In this document: one piece after another, positions 53,731-62,765 of the stretch
Numbering within the stretch: position 1 is the stretch's first letter
How the letters are laid out: every line of letters starts with the position of its first letter
IMG/VR virus record: IMGVR_UViG_3300021364_003460
Coordinates: 96,001-160,000 of that record
Length of the DNA stretch: 64,000 nucleotides
Source of the DNA: a virus
Reading direction: 5' to 3' (one strand)
The notes under the pieces: model-generated
What the model saw: the letters and a program-made list of their open reading frames with translations, nothing else
Told to the model about the DNA's origin: nothing
Database searches by the model: none
Translations under genes and position numbers: made by a program

Positions 53731-53783
53731 ATACTAAAAATACCTCTATACAGTTAATTATATAAAGGTATCTTTAGTATATG
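53728..53783 (-). promoter_or_regulatory. 23-bp hairpin sequestering the SD and AUG of the SLT/M23 lysin gene
   Basis: Minus strand reads CATATACTAAAGATACCTTTATA-TAATTAACTG-TATAGAGGTATTTTTAGTATATG; the only two non-Watson-Crick pairs are G-U in the mRNA sense. Confidence 0.7.
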
Positions 53784-53799
53784 TTTAATAAGTGAGTTG

Positions 53800-54216
53800 T
53801 TAGCTAATTACTACCATTCCTAATTTTAACTGTTCTATAGGAAACTTAGTTATATCTATTTCTCCTACACCTTCTAATTTAGGTAACTTATATGTTGCTC
53901 CAACTAAATCAAAGTTAGTATCTGTGGCAGGCATATAAGTATAGTCAATTAAGCATCTTATTATCTGATAGTTAGTATTCTCTAAATTATATTCAAGATT
54001 AATACACCTACGTCTGCTTACATAATTTTGTCTACTTCTACTATACTCTTGTTTAATAAAACTACTGTATATAAAACCGTCTTCTAATAAAAAAGCAGTT
54101 TGAAGCTCTCCATTTAAGTAATCTATATTAGGGCAATTTAAATATTTAAAATAAATAGTAGCTTTATCAAAACTTCCTATTATTTCTGAATTACATATTA
54201 AGTTAATTTTATTCAT
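53800..54216 (-). CDS. hypothetical protein (138 aa), remote tail-tube-like pattern
   Basis: Real start is probably the ATG at 54216 (MNKINLICNSEIIGSFDKATIYF), overlapping the amidase stop (ATGAATAA). Confidence 0.6.
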   Translation of the reverse strand: MNKINLICNSEIIGSFDKATIYFKYLNCPNIDYLNGELQTAFLLEDGFIYSSFIKQEYSRSRQNYVSRRRCINLEYNLENTNYQIIRCLIDYTYMPATDTNFDLVGATYKLPKLEGVGEIDITKFPIEQLKLGMVVIS

Positions 54217-54685
54217 TCTCAATAGCAAAAAAGATTTCTTTAGTTTTAGGATAACTATTCCATAACTTCTCAAACTTAGCTCTATCAAAACTTCTGGGGT
54301 CTTGTCTGCTTCCACTTAGGTCAATATCTTTATGTAAAACTATTCTATCTAAAGATATCCCAGTTTTAGCAGTTAACCAAGCTAAAGAATAATACTGTAA
54401 ATTAGTATATCCAGAGTGGTCAGTCACTTCTGGAATACTATCTAAAGGGGATTCTAAAGCTATATGATAAGCAAACTCATCTACAGAGTTATCAATAGAT
54501 TCTCCATTAAAAGAAGCATTATTACCAGCTTTAGCTATTTCATCCGGAGGTATTAAATAGGTTATTTCTCCAGATAAAGAGATGATAACATGGTAAGAAA
54601 TTGTATTAGGATTAGCTTGGATTATCTTAATTGCTTCTTCTTTAGAAGATATAGTCTCATGAATAACTATAATTGGTTTATACAT
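54209..54685 (-). CDS. N-acetylmuramoyl-L-alanine amidase (Amidase_2), probable endolysin
   Basis: IIVIHET, SYHVII, HIALES, HKDID...RQDP: Zn-binding His residues and catalytic Glu. Confidence 0.88.
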   Translation of the reverse strand: MYKPIIVIHETISSKEEAIKIIQANPNTISYHVIISLSGEITYLIPPDEIAKAGNNASFNGESIDNSVDEFAYHIALESPLDSIPEVTDHSGYTNLQYYSLAWLTAKTGISLDRIVLHKDIDLSGSRQDPRSFDRAKFEKLWNSYPKTKEIFFAIENE

Positions 54686-56990
54686 CTTTAGAGTTCTTAA
54701 TAAAATTAATAATATCTTGAGTTGCTTTAGATATTACAGATTTAGCAGTAGGATTAAAATTAGTTCCATTAATATTAGTAAACATAGATATTATGTAAGA
54801 CTTGTTATTAATACTAACTAAACCTGCGTTTCCAGTAACTTGAGTAGTAAAACCAGCTTTATTAGCTATTGCATTACTATAATTAAACTTATAAATATTA
54901 GTTTCTAAAGCATTTCTAACTACAGAAGTACCTGTTCTAGTAGAAGAGTAAATTTTATTTAAAGCAGTTGATATATCTGTAACTGTTGATTTATTATTAC
55001 CTGGGTTTCTTTTATCAGCAGACATGTTTAAGTAATTTACAAATCTAGTAGAAGAATAACCACTTAATAGATTATTTATCTGGTTTAACCCTCCTAAATT
55101 TTTTATCAACATATTAGTTTCTAAATTTGTAGAGTTCTTTAACATTTGAATTAAACAGTTTTCTACAGTTATAGATGTTCCTAAATTACCTCCTTCTACA
55201 GGAATTACATCTTCTGTTATATGAAGTAAAGTAGATAAACTTAAATTTCCACTTTGTAATTTATCTAAAATTAAATCAGCTACTATTAACTTAATAGTAG
55301 AAGCTGGTGTTAAAGGAGAACTATTAACATCAACACCATAAAAATTACTATTTGTTTTTACTCCTATAGAGTGTAAATTATATTTGGTTTTTATCTGTTG
55401 TAAAAATATATTAAAATCTGAATTAGGATTACTAGTAGTTGATAAGTTTTGAGAAGTAGAGCAAAACAAAGTATCCTTAGCTTTCTGATTACCTACAAAC
55501 CTCCAATGCCAAGGCTCATAATCAATACCCTCTGAGTTACCTTTAAAATAGCTTAATTCTAAACCAAATTTAGTTGCATTCTTCTGAATAAACTTAAAAG
55601 CATCTGTTTGTTCAAAGGATTGATTAAGATTCTTTTTATCCAATCCATCATCTAAGTCCATAGCATATCCTGTATGGTGTTCACTAAAACCAGGTTTTGC
55701 ATTGACTTTAAATATTTGGGAGTCTGATTGACCTTCTTTTCTTTTTCTATTTATAATAGCTTGTTGGTCAGTAATACTTCTAAAACCAGAAACTAATATA
55801 ATTTTAATGCCTTCTTTTTGAGCAGCTTTCTTTAAGTCAACAAAAGCTTTTGCAGCATCAGGATGTAACTTAACTCCATTCTCTACTTGAATTAGCTGAG
55901 TAGCATCTTTATATTTACATCCTCTAGGTTTAGTATTTACAGGGACTTTCTCTTCTTTAGGTTTATAGTCAGGTTTATTTTGCTGCCCTTCTACATACTG
56001 CTCCCCTTGAGGTAACTCACTACCTAAAGCAGCTTGCATTTGTAATCCTACTAATTGTCTAGCTGCATCTCCTCTATTACAAGCCTGAGCTTGCTCTAAA
56101 TACATCTGAGCTAACTTTTTATATTGGTCTATAAAATATGAGTTAGGAAAAGGACTTCTTAAACTAGACTGACTTTTAACATTACTTTGTTTACTAACTA
56201 TAGGTTTTATTCCTGTAGTCTTTTTAGCTTCTTCTGGTGTAGTTTCTTTAATGATAGAAGTCTGAGCTAACAAGTCAGCTTGTCTATTATAATAATTAGC
56301 AAAGTCAACCAATTTAGCACATTTACTTTCAGCAGTACCCTCAGCTACATTAATAATATTAGCAGTGTAATTGATAATAGAATTAAAAGCATAGTTTACT
56401 TTATCTCCTACAGAAGTGGCTAAGTCTATAATCCCAGGTTGTCTATTAGCTTTAGCCTTGTCTTCTAAATTATCTGTAAACTCAGGAGAAGTAAAACTAT
56501 CATATAGATTGTTAGTTCCATATAAGTTGATAGTAGCTGCTGGGTCAGTAATCCTATTTGGATGACCTGAAGGTTGTTGAATTTCATATAACTGATTACT
56601 GTATTCTTCTAATTGAGCAAACTCTTGTAACTTACCTTCTTGATAGTATTTATCATAATTACCCTCAGTGTAAATAACTCCAGTAATAAACACTTCATCC
56701 CAACTACCATTAGCACAACTTAAAGAAACTAGAGTACCTTCATCTAAAGGAGCATATCTACCAACTCCATTAAAACCCCCTGTAGGAGATATATATTTAC
56801 ACCCTAAGAATAATGACCCTGTTTCTAATTCCTGTACATCATAAACCTGAGCTAAATGGTTCTCTCTACTTACGTTAACTATAGTTCCTTGCTTAACTAT
56901 AGGGGTGTTAGAGTTGTTTCCTCTGTAAACATTATTAAGAGCATTATTCCAAGTGTAAGTATCATTAGGATTATATATTTGATCTAACAT
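54678..56990 (-). CDS. baseplate spike (gp5/gpV OB-fold-like) fused to an M15B D-Ala-D-Ala peptidase and a class A beta-lactamase-like/PBP domain
   Basis: N-terminal GTIVNV...GRYAPLDEGTLV.L....SWDEVFITG; M15B motifs SGFRS..DQ, SEHHTGYAMD, EPWHWRF; serine hydrolase motifs ASTIK (SxxK), STN (SxN), KAG (KTG-like). Confidence 0.8.
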   Translation of the reverse strand: MLDQIYNPNDTYTWNNALNNVYRGNNSNTPIVKQGTIVNVSRENHLAQVYDVQELETGSLFLGCKYISPTGGFNGVGRYAPLDEGTLVSLSCANGSWDEVFITGVIYTEGNYDKYYQEGKLQEFAQLEEYSNQLYEIQQPSGHPNRITDPAATINLYGTNNLYDSFTSPEFTDNLEDKAKANRQPGIIDLATSVGDKVNYAFNSIINYTANIINVAEGTAESKCAKLVDFANYYNRQADLLAQTSIIKETTPEEAKKTTGIKPIVSKQSNVKSQSSLRSPFPNSYFIDQYKKLAQMYLEQAQACNRGDAARQLVGLQMQAALGSELPQGEQYVEGQQNKPDYKPKEEKVPVNTKPRGCKYKDATQLIQVENGVKLHPDAAKAFVDLKKAAQKEGIKIILVSGFRSITDQQAIINRKRKEGQSDSQIFKVNAKPGFSEHHTGYAMDLDDGLDKKNLNQSFEQTDAFKFIQKNATKFGLELSYFKGNSEGIDYEPWHWRFVGNQKAKDTLFCSTSQNLSTTSNPNSDFNIFLQQIKTKYNLHSIGVKTNSNFYGVDVNSSPLTPASTIKLIVADLILDKLQSGNLSLSTLLHITEDVIPVEGGNLGTSITVENCLIQMLKNSTNLETNMLIKNLGGLNQINNLLSGYSSTRFVNYLNMSADKRNPGNNKSTVTDISTALNKIYSSTRTGTSVVRNALETNIYKFNYSNAIANKAGFTTQVTGNAGLVSINNKSYIISMFTNINGTNFNPTAKSVISKATQDIINFIKNSKDV

Positions 56991-57032
56991 ATTAATTAAA
57001 TTCTTCTTTATAAAACTTCCAACCTTTATATT

Positions 57033-58874
57033 CTAGACATCTGAAACAGAAAGTAGCTGGGTTACAAAGCCTTTATCACCTTGAGCAGTCAGTCTATGCT
57101 GCACTACTCTAACTGTGTAGTAAGGAAGAATAAGATTGTTAATATCAGAAGGTAATCTGTTCACACTATTGATAGTATCATTAACAAATTTAGAAGCAAC
57201 AAGATTAGCTTCACCTCTTTGGTCTTGAGGTAAGTCTTTTACTGTAGCAGCTACTTTTTTAATCTCATCTCCTCTCTTAGTTTCTGTAAAGTTAACAGCA
57301 TCAGCTTTACTATCTACTACAGTATACGTCTTAAAATCATGCAAGAAAGTATTGTAAACTCTGATAGCTTCACCTGGACAGAAAGTAGGGTCCCCTACTA
57401 CTGACATTTCTATACCTTGAGTATCTCTACTCCAGACTCTAGCATTAGCTAAAGCAATAAGTAATGCACCATACTCTTGGTTAGGATAGGTAGCTAAACC
57501 CCCATCATAGATAATCTGTGTTTTACAAGGTGGAGCTACTGACCTATTAGCTAACTTAGGGTCTAATACAGAGTAGCCAAACCTTAGTGAGCCTATTAAT
57601 GAAGTTGCAGATCCTTTAGTAGTAGAGCTGTCTACAATTACAAAGTTATTAAAACTAAACAATGAAGAGCTAACCACTCTCATAGATTGAATCATTGCAT
57701 TGAAACTAGGCGGTTTAACATCAGGTACATCTTTAGGATAAGTTCTATGGAAGTAAGTTCTATATTGTCTGTCTACATCATCAAACCCTGATTCATCTTT
57801 CACTCTTGGACCTAATATAAAATCTCCATTAATGTGACTAGCAAAGAAATCCATAGGTCTCTCTTCAGTCTTAGCTATGTAATCTACTATCTCTAATGGA
57901 GTTTTATTAAGAACTTGTAAACTAGCTTTAGGTTCACCTTTAACTATAGGAGGTTTCTCTACCCAAGTATTAAATCTAGGTTTGGCTCGGTCATTCATTA
58001 TTCTACAAGTAGCAGTCTGAATCCAAGCTGCTGGATCTTGTTGAGGAAACTGTAAGTTAGTCTGTTCATTTTGTATAGTAAAACCTTTAACAGACATTCC
58101 TCTCTCAATCAGTCTCCAACATCTAGCCTTAGTTAAGTTTTCTCCAAAAGGATTACCACTAGCAGCATTAGCTAATTGTAATAAGATTTCTGTTCTATCT
58201 CCACTAGCTAACCCTGATAAAGTAGCTTCATTAGCAGCAGCCTCTTGATTAAGTGCATCTTTGTTAACTTTGCCTTGGAATGCTTTAAGACTAAGAACTC
58301 TAGTATCAGCAAAAACTCTAGTTCTATCTCTACATTGGAGAGTTACTTTAAAACCTTGAGGGTTGGCATCATAAGTAATGTTATCTATAAATCCCCAAAA
58401 GATAGGGCAAAGTGGTTTATCTGGATTGTGAGTTACTTCTTTATTACTATTATTAATATCAGTAAAGTTAAAAGGTACTTCATCTAGTAAGTCAGCAGTA
58501 ATAGGAGTAGTTGAAGAAGATACATAACCTGCATATATTCTTATTTCATCTTCTCTATCTAAGTAAGGATAATCACCTCCTCTATACAACTTTACATCAG
58601 GTAAAGAAGGTAGGAACATAGCAGTGTCAGGTAACTCACAAGTTAATGTTATCTGTGCTCGACTAGTTCCCCAATCTCTAGTTAAGTTAACAATAATTTC
58701 TTTAAGAGTCCACTCTAACTTAACTTTTTTCTTTTCATTAGGATTCTCTGGGTTAATGTAATCCCCTTTATCCCCAAAGTGATTAGTAAATAGAATAGGT
58801 TGGGTATTAGACTCTGCTGTAGCTAATGTGATTGCAGCAGCAGGAGTAGCAGCTTCAGGTGAGTATATTTTCAT
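57033..58874 (-). CDS. baseplate hub protein (gp27/gpD-like)
   Basis: IFWGFIDNI...VTLQCRDR; MSVVGDPTFCPGEAIRV; VVQHRLTAQGDKGFVTQL. Confidence 0.75.
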   Translation of the reverse strand: MKIYSPEAATPAAAITLATAESNTQPILFTNHFGDKGDYINPENPNEKKKVKLEWTLKEIIVNLTRDWGTSRAQITLTCELPDTAMFLPSLPDVKLYRGGDYPYLDREDEIRIYAGYVSSSTTPITADLLDEVPFNFTDINNSNKEVTHNPDKPLCPIFWGFIDNITYDANPQGFKVTLQCRDRTRVFADTRVLSLKAFQGKVNKDALNQEAAANEATLSGLASGDRTEILLQLANAASGNPFGENLTKARCWRLIERGMSVKGFTIQNEQTNLQFPQQDPAAWIQTATCRIMNDRAKPRFNTWVEKPPIVKGEPKASLQVLNKTPLEIVDYIAKTEERPMDFFASHINGDFILGPRVKDESGFDDVDRQYRTYFHRTYPKDVPDVKPPSFNAMIQSMRVVSSSLFSFNNFVIVDSSTTKGSATSLIGSLRFGYSVLDPKLANRSVAPPCKTQIIYDGGLATYPNQEYGALLIALANARVWSRDTQGIEMSVVGDPTFCPGEAIRVYNTFLHDFKTYTVVDSKADAVNFTETKRGDEIKKVAATVKDLPQDQRGEANLVASKFVNDTINSVNRLPSDINNLILPYYTVRVVQHRLTAQGDKGFVTQLLSVSDV

Positions 58875-58891
58875 ATAGTAATTTCATAAAC

Positions 58892-58926
58892 AAATAACAC
58901 CTAGTTAGTTAAACTAAGTGCTATTT
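58892..58926 (-). terminator. 15-bp hairpin after the tail tube gene (terminator or translational operator)
   Basis: mRNA sense AAATAGCACTTAGTT-TAACT-AACTAGGTGTTATTT with two G-U pairs, followed by GTTT; the 3' arm contains AGGTG. Confidence 0.55.
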
Positions 58927-58961
58927 TAAGAGTTTAATTAAGGTATTAAATAGGAAGTTAA

Positions 58962-59699
58962 TTAAACCACATTACTATTTGAGTTAGTAGTATCAATTCC
59001 TTGTTGAATAGTAGAACCTCCAAACCTATTTGTTACATTAAAAGGTTTAAAGCTCTGTTGATAACTTCCAGTTGGGTCTATAATATATCCTTCAGCTACA
59101 CCTTCCCATCTGTTAGCAATAATACGTCTACCAGGCATAATACCTTCAGACATACTATCTAATTTACATCTAACTAAATGAATTCTTCCTCTATTTTTAG
59201 TTTGTTCAGGAGGATTCAGAAAAGTAGAATTTTTTAATCCAGCCTCAATAGGATTAAAATACCCTTCTGAAGGTCTAGGTCCAGACTCAGCTACATAAAC
59301 ATTTTGATTTATGCCTGTAGTACCTTGTAAACCTATAGCATTATAATCAATTGTAATTTGAAATCTTGGACCTCTTCCTATGTAAACATCTCTATTAAGA
59401 TCATTTGTTCCAAACCATGCAGATAAATTATCTACATTAATTTTACCCCTTTCTAGTACCCAGGCTATCTGAATCTCCCCATCATAGTATGTAGGAATTC
59501 TTTGACCTAAAGTAAGATAAGTTTCCGTAGCATTTCTAATAGTAAAAGTACAAGATTGAAATTGACCAACATCTAATACTTGTCCTGTTGATAAGTCAGT
59601 AGCCCATACTTCTACATCAAACCCTTGCATAGGGTCTATCTGAGTATTGTTAACTACTGCTCTAAAAGGATTTCCAGTTAAACTGCCTCTTATAGTCAT
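58962..59699 (-). CDS. tail tube protein
   Basis: Directly follows the sheath gene; VGQFQSCTFTIRNATETYLTLGQRIPTYYDGEIQIAWVLERG...IHLVRCKLDS. Confidence 0.8.
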   Translation of the reverse strand: MTIRGSLTGNPFRAVVNNTQIDPMQGFDVEVWATDLSTGQVLDVGQFQSCTFTIRNATETYLTLGQRIPTYYDGEIQIAWVLERGKINVDNLSAWFGTNDLNRDVYIGRGPRFQITIDYNAIGLQGTTGINQNVYVAESGPRPSEGYFNPIEAGLKNSTFLNPPEQTKNRGRIHLVRCKLDSMSEGIMPGRRIIANRWEGVAEGYIIDPTGSYQQSFKPFNVTNRFGGSTIQQGIDTTNSNSNVV

Positions 59700-59721
59700 A
59701 TTATTTTTTTTATTTAGTTAT

Positions 59722-61956
59722 TTAAATACCTTGAGAAGCTAATCCATCATCATTATTTCTAATAATAGATATCTCAATTTCTCTGATTGAATATAGAGGT
59801 AAGAATCTGAAGCTTACATTGAGTTGTCCTAATGTATAAAGTCCAGGTGGATTATTTTCATTACCTACTAAAACACTGCTGTAATTAGCTATTTTTCCTT
59901 CTATAGAAAGCTGTCTTAAGTATTGCTCCACAGCTACTTGAACCTGACTTCTTACTCTTAAAGTATGAGTTTCCCCAATATAGAAAGAAAGAACATCATA
60001 TAAATCTTGTCTGATAGCGTCATAGCTTCTTCTAATATAGATATACTCCCAAGCAGGATCAGAAGTAAGAGTTCTACCTGTAGTAAATAAAAACGCTTGA
60101 GTAGCAGGATCTACATGAAGGACTTCTAACTTAGCATCTGTGTATAATTGCAATGCTGTAGAACTAGAGTTTCTAAAAGTATCTACTTCAGTAATATTTC
60201 TAACTGAACCAGCAGTTCTTCTAGCATTAGGAGATACATAAAAAGGAATAGCTGCAAGTACACCAGCATACAGAGCATCAGGAGACAAACCAAATCTAGG
60301 TGCATTAGGTTGACCAGCATAGGTAGCCCAACCAGCAACTTTAACCCCTCTTTGACTATTCAAACCTACAGTTTCTTGTTTAGCAGCATTAGGAGATAGG
60401 TTAGGTCTAGCATTTAAGATTGCCACCCTTAAACCATCTTTGTCTTTAGCTTTCTCACAATGAGTAATAAGAGCTTGCTGAATAGCAGCACTAAACTTAC
60501 CTGGAGTTAATACAATGTGAACTGGATAAGCTTCTAAAGCATTGATAGCTTTAATATAGTCATCATCAGTTACAGAAGGACCATCATAACCATCTTCAAG
60601 TGATACATCTAGTAACTTAGAAGGTCCATAGTAATCTACATGTCTAATGTCATCTACATCAGTTACAGTTACATCAGCAGGAGCCAATCTAACAGGAGAC
60701 TGGTTAACTAGGTTAACCTCATAACCTACGGGGTCTACAAACTTAGGTAAGAAAATACCTTTAATATAGATAGATTCAGATAACTGATTTAGTAATCCAT
60801 CTTTGTCTAAATCATTAAAGTTAAGTACATAAGATTCTGTACCTAATCTAGGGTTAAAGTTTCCAGCATTTAAGTCTGATACTTCTAACCTAAAAGAGTT
60901 TTGTGAATCTGGATATAAATTAACTCTAATATTATTACCATAGTCTCCAACATAATTAGCTTGAAGTCTAAGTAAAGGAGTACCGTTAATAGAATAAAAA
61001 TCTCTATAAGCTACTCTTGCACCATCTTCACCTCCAGACATAAATACAGCATTAGCTGAAGTTAAAGCAGGTGTAGTTGTAATACCAGGACTAACTGTAT
61101 CTAGTAACTCAAAGTAATAGCTAAATCTATTACCAATAGTACCTACAATATCAGTTTGATTACTATCTAATTCAAAGACAACTCCATTGTTAGCATCATT
61201 AAGAATTATCTCTTCTAATACTTCTAAACCTGAGACTGCACTAATAAAATTAGTAGCTATTTGATAAGGAATATCATTTTCATTAATAGGAATTGTAAAT
61301 ATATAAGAGTTAACTCTAACTTTAAATTCATCATCTTCAACTAGAGCTAAATCATTAGTTTGACCTACTTGACCAAAAGTAACTTCTACACCATTTGCTA
61401 CTGTCTGAGTAATACCCTTGTCAGCAGTTAAGTCAACTGTAATGTTATCTGTTACAGTAGCCCAATCAATAGTTTCATCTTCACCTAGTACAATAAATTT
61501 ATAATTAATAGTAGCAACATTAGTAGTAATGTCAGTTACTTTAAAAAAGTATCTACCACTAACTGAGCCAGTATATTTTCCAGATGTTACTATTACTTCC
61601 TCAATGTTAGTAACTTCTTGAGGTAAGCCAATAAACTTAAGATTAAAGTAAAGTGTGTTTGCTTTGGTTGCTACACCAGTAAAACTAACTTGACCTTTAG
61701 CTGGTGTAGCATTACCTAATACTCTTACACAAAGAAAGTCTTCTGCCCCTTGGTCTCTAGCAGCCTGATATGCAAGTGAACCTATTGAAGTATCATATCC
61801 ATAGTTGTTAGCAAAAAAGCTATCTCCAGTAATGAAAGTTGGAGTAGTAGACCCTCTGCTAAAAGTAGAAACAATTCCAATTCTATTTCTAATATTCTGC
61901 CTTATAGGAGTAAAACCAACATTATTCTCTATAAAGCTAATGGAGGGAATTCTCAT
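59722..61956 (-). CDS. contractile tail sheath protein
   Basis: RIGIVSTFSRG; GAEDFLCVRV; LQANYVGDYGNNIRV; LEDGYDG; HCEKA...RVAIL; YIYIRRSYD...YIGE; LNVSFRFLP...IEISI. Confidence 0.92.
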   Translation of the reverse strand: MRIPSISFIENNVGFTPIRQNIRNRIGIVSTFSRGSTTPTFITGDSFFANNYGYDTSIGSLAYQAARDQGAEDFLCVRVLGNATPAKGQVSFTGVATKANTLYFNLKFIGLPQEVTNIEEVIVTSGKYTGSVSGRYFFKVTDITTNVATINYKFIVLGEDETIDWATVTDNITVDLTADKGITQTVANGVEVTFGQVGQTNDLALVEDDEFKVRVNSYIFTIPINENDIPYQIATNFISAVSGLEVLEEIILNDANNGVVFELDSNQTDIVGTIGNRFSYYFELLDTVSPGITTTPALTSANAVFMSGGEDGARVAYRDFYSINGTPLLRLQANYVGDYGNNIRVNLYPDSQNSFRLEVSDLNAGNFNPRLGTESYVLNFNDLDKDGLLNQLSESIYIKGIFLPKFVDPVGYEVNLVNQSPVRLAPADVTVTDVDDIRHVDYYGPSKLLDVSLEDGYDGPSVTDDDYIKAINALEAYPVHIVLTPGKFSAAIQQALITHCEKAKDKDGLRVAILNARPNLSPNAAKQETVGLNSQRGVKVAGWATYAGQPNAPRFGLSPDALYAGVLAAIPFYVSPNARRTAGSVRNITEVDTFRNSSSTALQLYTDAKLEVLHVDPATQAFLFTTGRTLTSDPAWEYIYIRRSYDAIRQDLYDVLSFYIGETHTLRVRSQVQVAVEQYLRQLSIEGKIANYSSVLVGNENNPPGLYTLGQLNVSFRFLPLYSIREIEISIIRNNDDGLASQGI

Positions 61957-61960
61957 GTTA

Positions 61961-61989
61961 TATCTAATTTATAAAATCTAAATTAGATA
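61961..61989 (-). promoter_or_regulatory. perfect 11-bp hairpin 4 nt upstream of the sheath AUG
   Basis: TATCTAATTTA-N7-TAAATTAGATA. Confidence 0.5.
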
Positions 61990-62021
61990 CTAAAGAATAC
62001 TTAATTGTTATTGGTATGCAA

Positions 62022-62765
62022 TTACTTCATTAAGTCAACTTCTAAAGATATATCTTCAAGAGGAAACTGCCATATCTTTCTCCAATCTCTTGTCATATAT
62101 CCATTTAATCTTATTAGTAGATAACCTCTAGTATCTAATACTGAAGTTCCTTTTTCCCAGGGTATTGTAGGTAAGTTAATATGTATAGGCTCCACTTTAC
62201 CTAATGTACTATATATATTATTTCCTAAAGGGAATCTCCATTGATGAGAAGTATCTTCTAAAGCTAACCTAGTTAATTCTATATATTGAGTAACAACATC
62301 TAAAGCAGGATTAATATATAAATCTACTTCTTTAGTTTCTCTATTTACCTTACCTATATCTTTAGGAAACACTACATGATTCTTGGGTACTTTAATTAAA
62401 GCTTCATCTTCAATTCTATTCTGACCATCTACATTAATACTTCTATAACTGTAGTCAATAATAAAGTGATATTTAGCTTCATCTTCATTAGCAACCCCTA
62501 AATTATAGCTACTATAAATAACTGAAGCATTAATAGTAGCAGGACTAGTTAAGTTATTATCAACAAATAAAGGATAGATAGAGCAAGTTAATCCATCATT
62601 AAGTGGAAATCCCCCTAAACCTAACCTATACTGAGATATTTCTATAGGTTCTCCAGTTAAAGTATGTTTAACTAATCCATTATTAAGTAAAGGGTGGTTT
62701 ACTAAAAAATAGTAAATAGAATAGTAAAGAGTAGTTATAGAAGGTGCAGCAATATTATCTAACAT
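62022..62765 (-). CDS. probable tail completion/terminator protein
   Basis: Position immediately upstream of the sheath gene; size and beta-rich content fit. Confidence 0.5.
   Translation of the reverse strand: MLDNIAAPSITTLYYSIYYFLVNHPLLNNGLVKHTLTGEPIEISQYRLGLGGFPLNDGLTCSIYPLFVDNNLTSPATINASVIYSSYNLGVANEDEAKYHFIIDYSYRSINVDGQNRIEDEALIKVPKNHVVFPKDIGKVNRETKEVDLYINPALDVVTQYIELTRLALEDTSHQWRFPLGNNIYSTLGKVEPIHINLPTIPWEKGTSVLDTRGYLLIRLNGYMTRDWRKIWQFPLEDISLEVDLMK

Noticed and set aside
54217-54315. N-terminal 33 aa of ORF 53800-54315
   Set aside because: It overlaps the amidase C-terminus in another frame; the ATG at 54216 gives a normal coupled start.
54678-55400. Antibiotic-resistance beta-lactamase gene
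   Set aside because: The domain is fused to a baseplate protein with no signal peptide; a cell-wall role is more parsimonious and hydrolysis of beta-lactams is unproven.
32436-58487. ORF-track ORFs 32436-32618, 38897-39166, 42027-42224, 44886-45152, 47591-47821, 53495-53737, 58245-58487
   Set aside because: Short plus-strand shadows inside minus-strand structural genes.
32220-62765. Extracellular contractile injection system or tailocin rather than a phage
   Set aside because: A terminase large subunit, RNA ligase and typical phage accessory genes lie in the same contiguous cluster.
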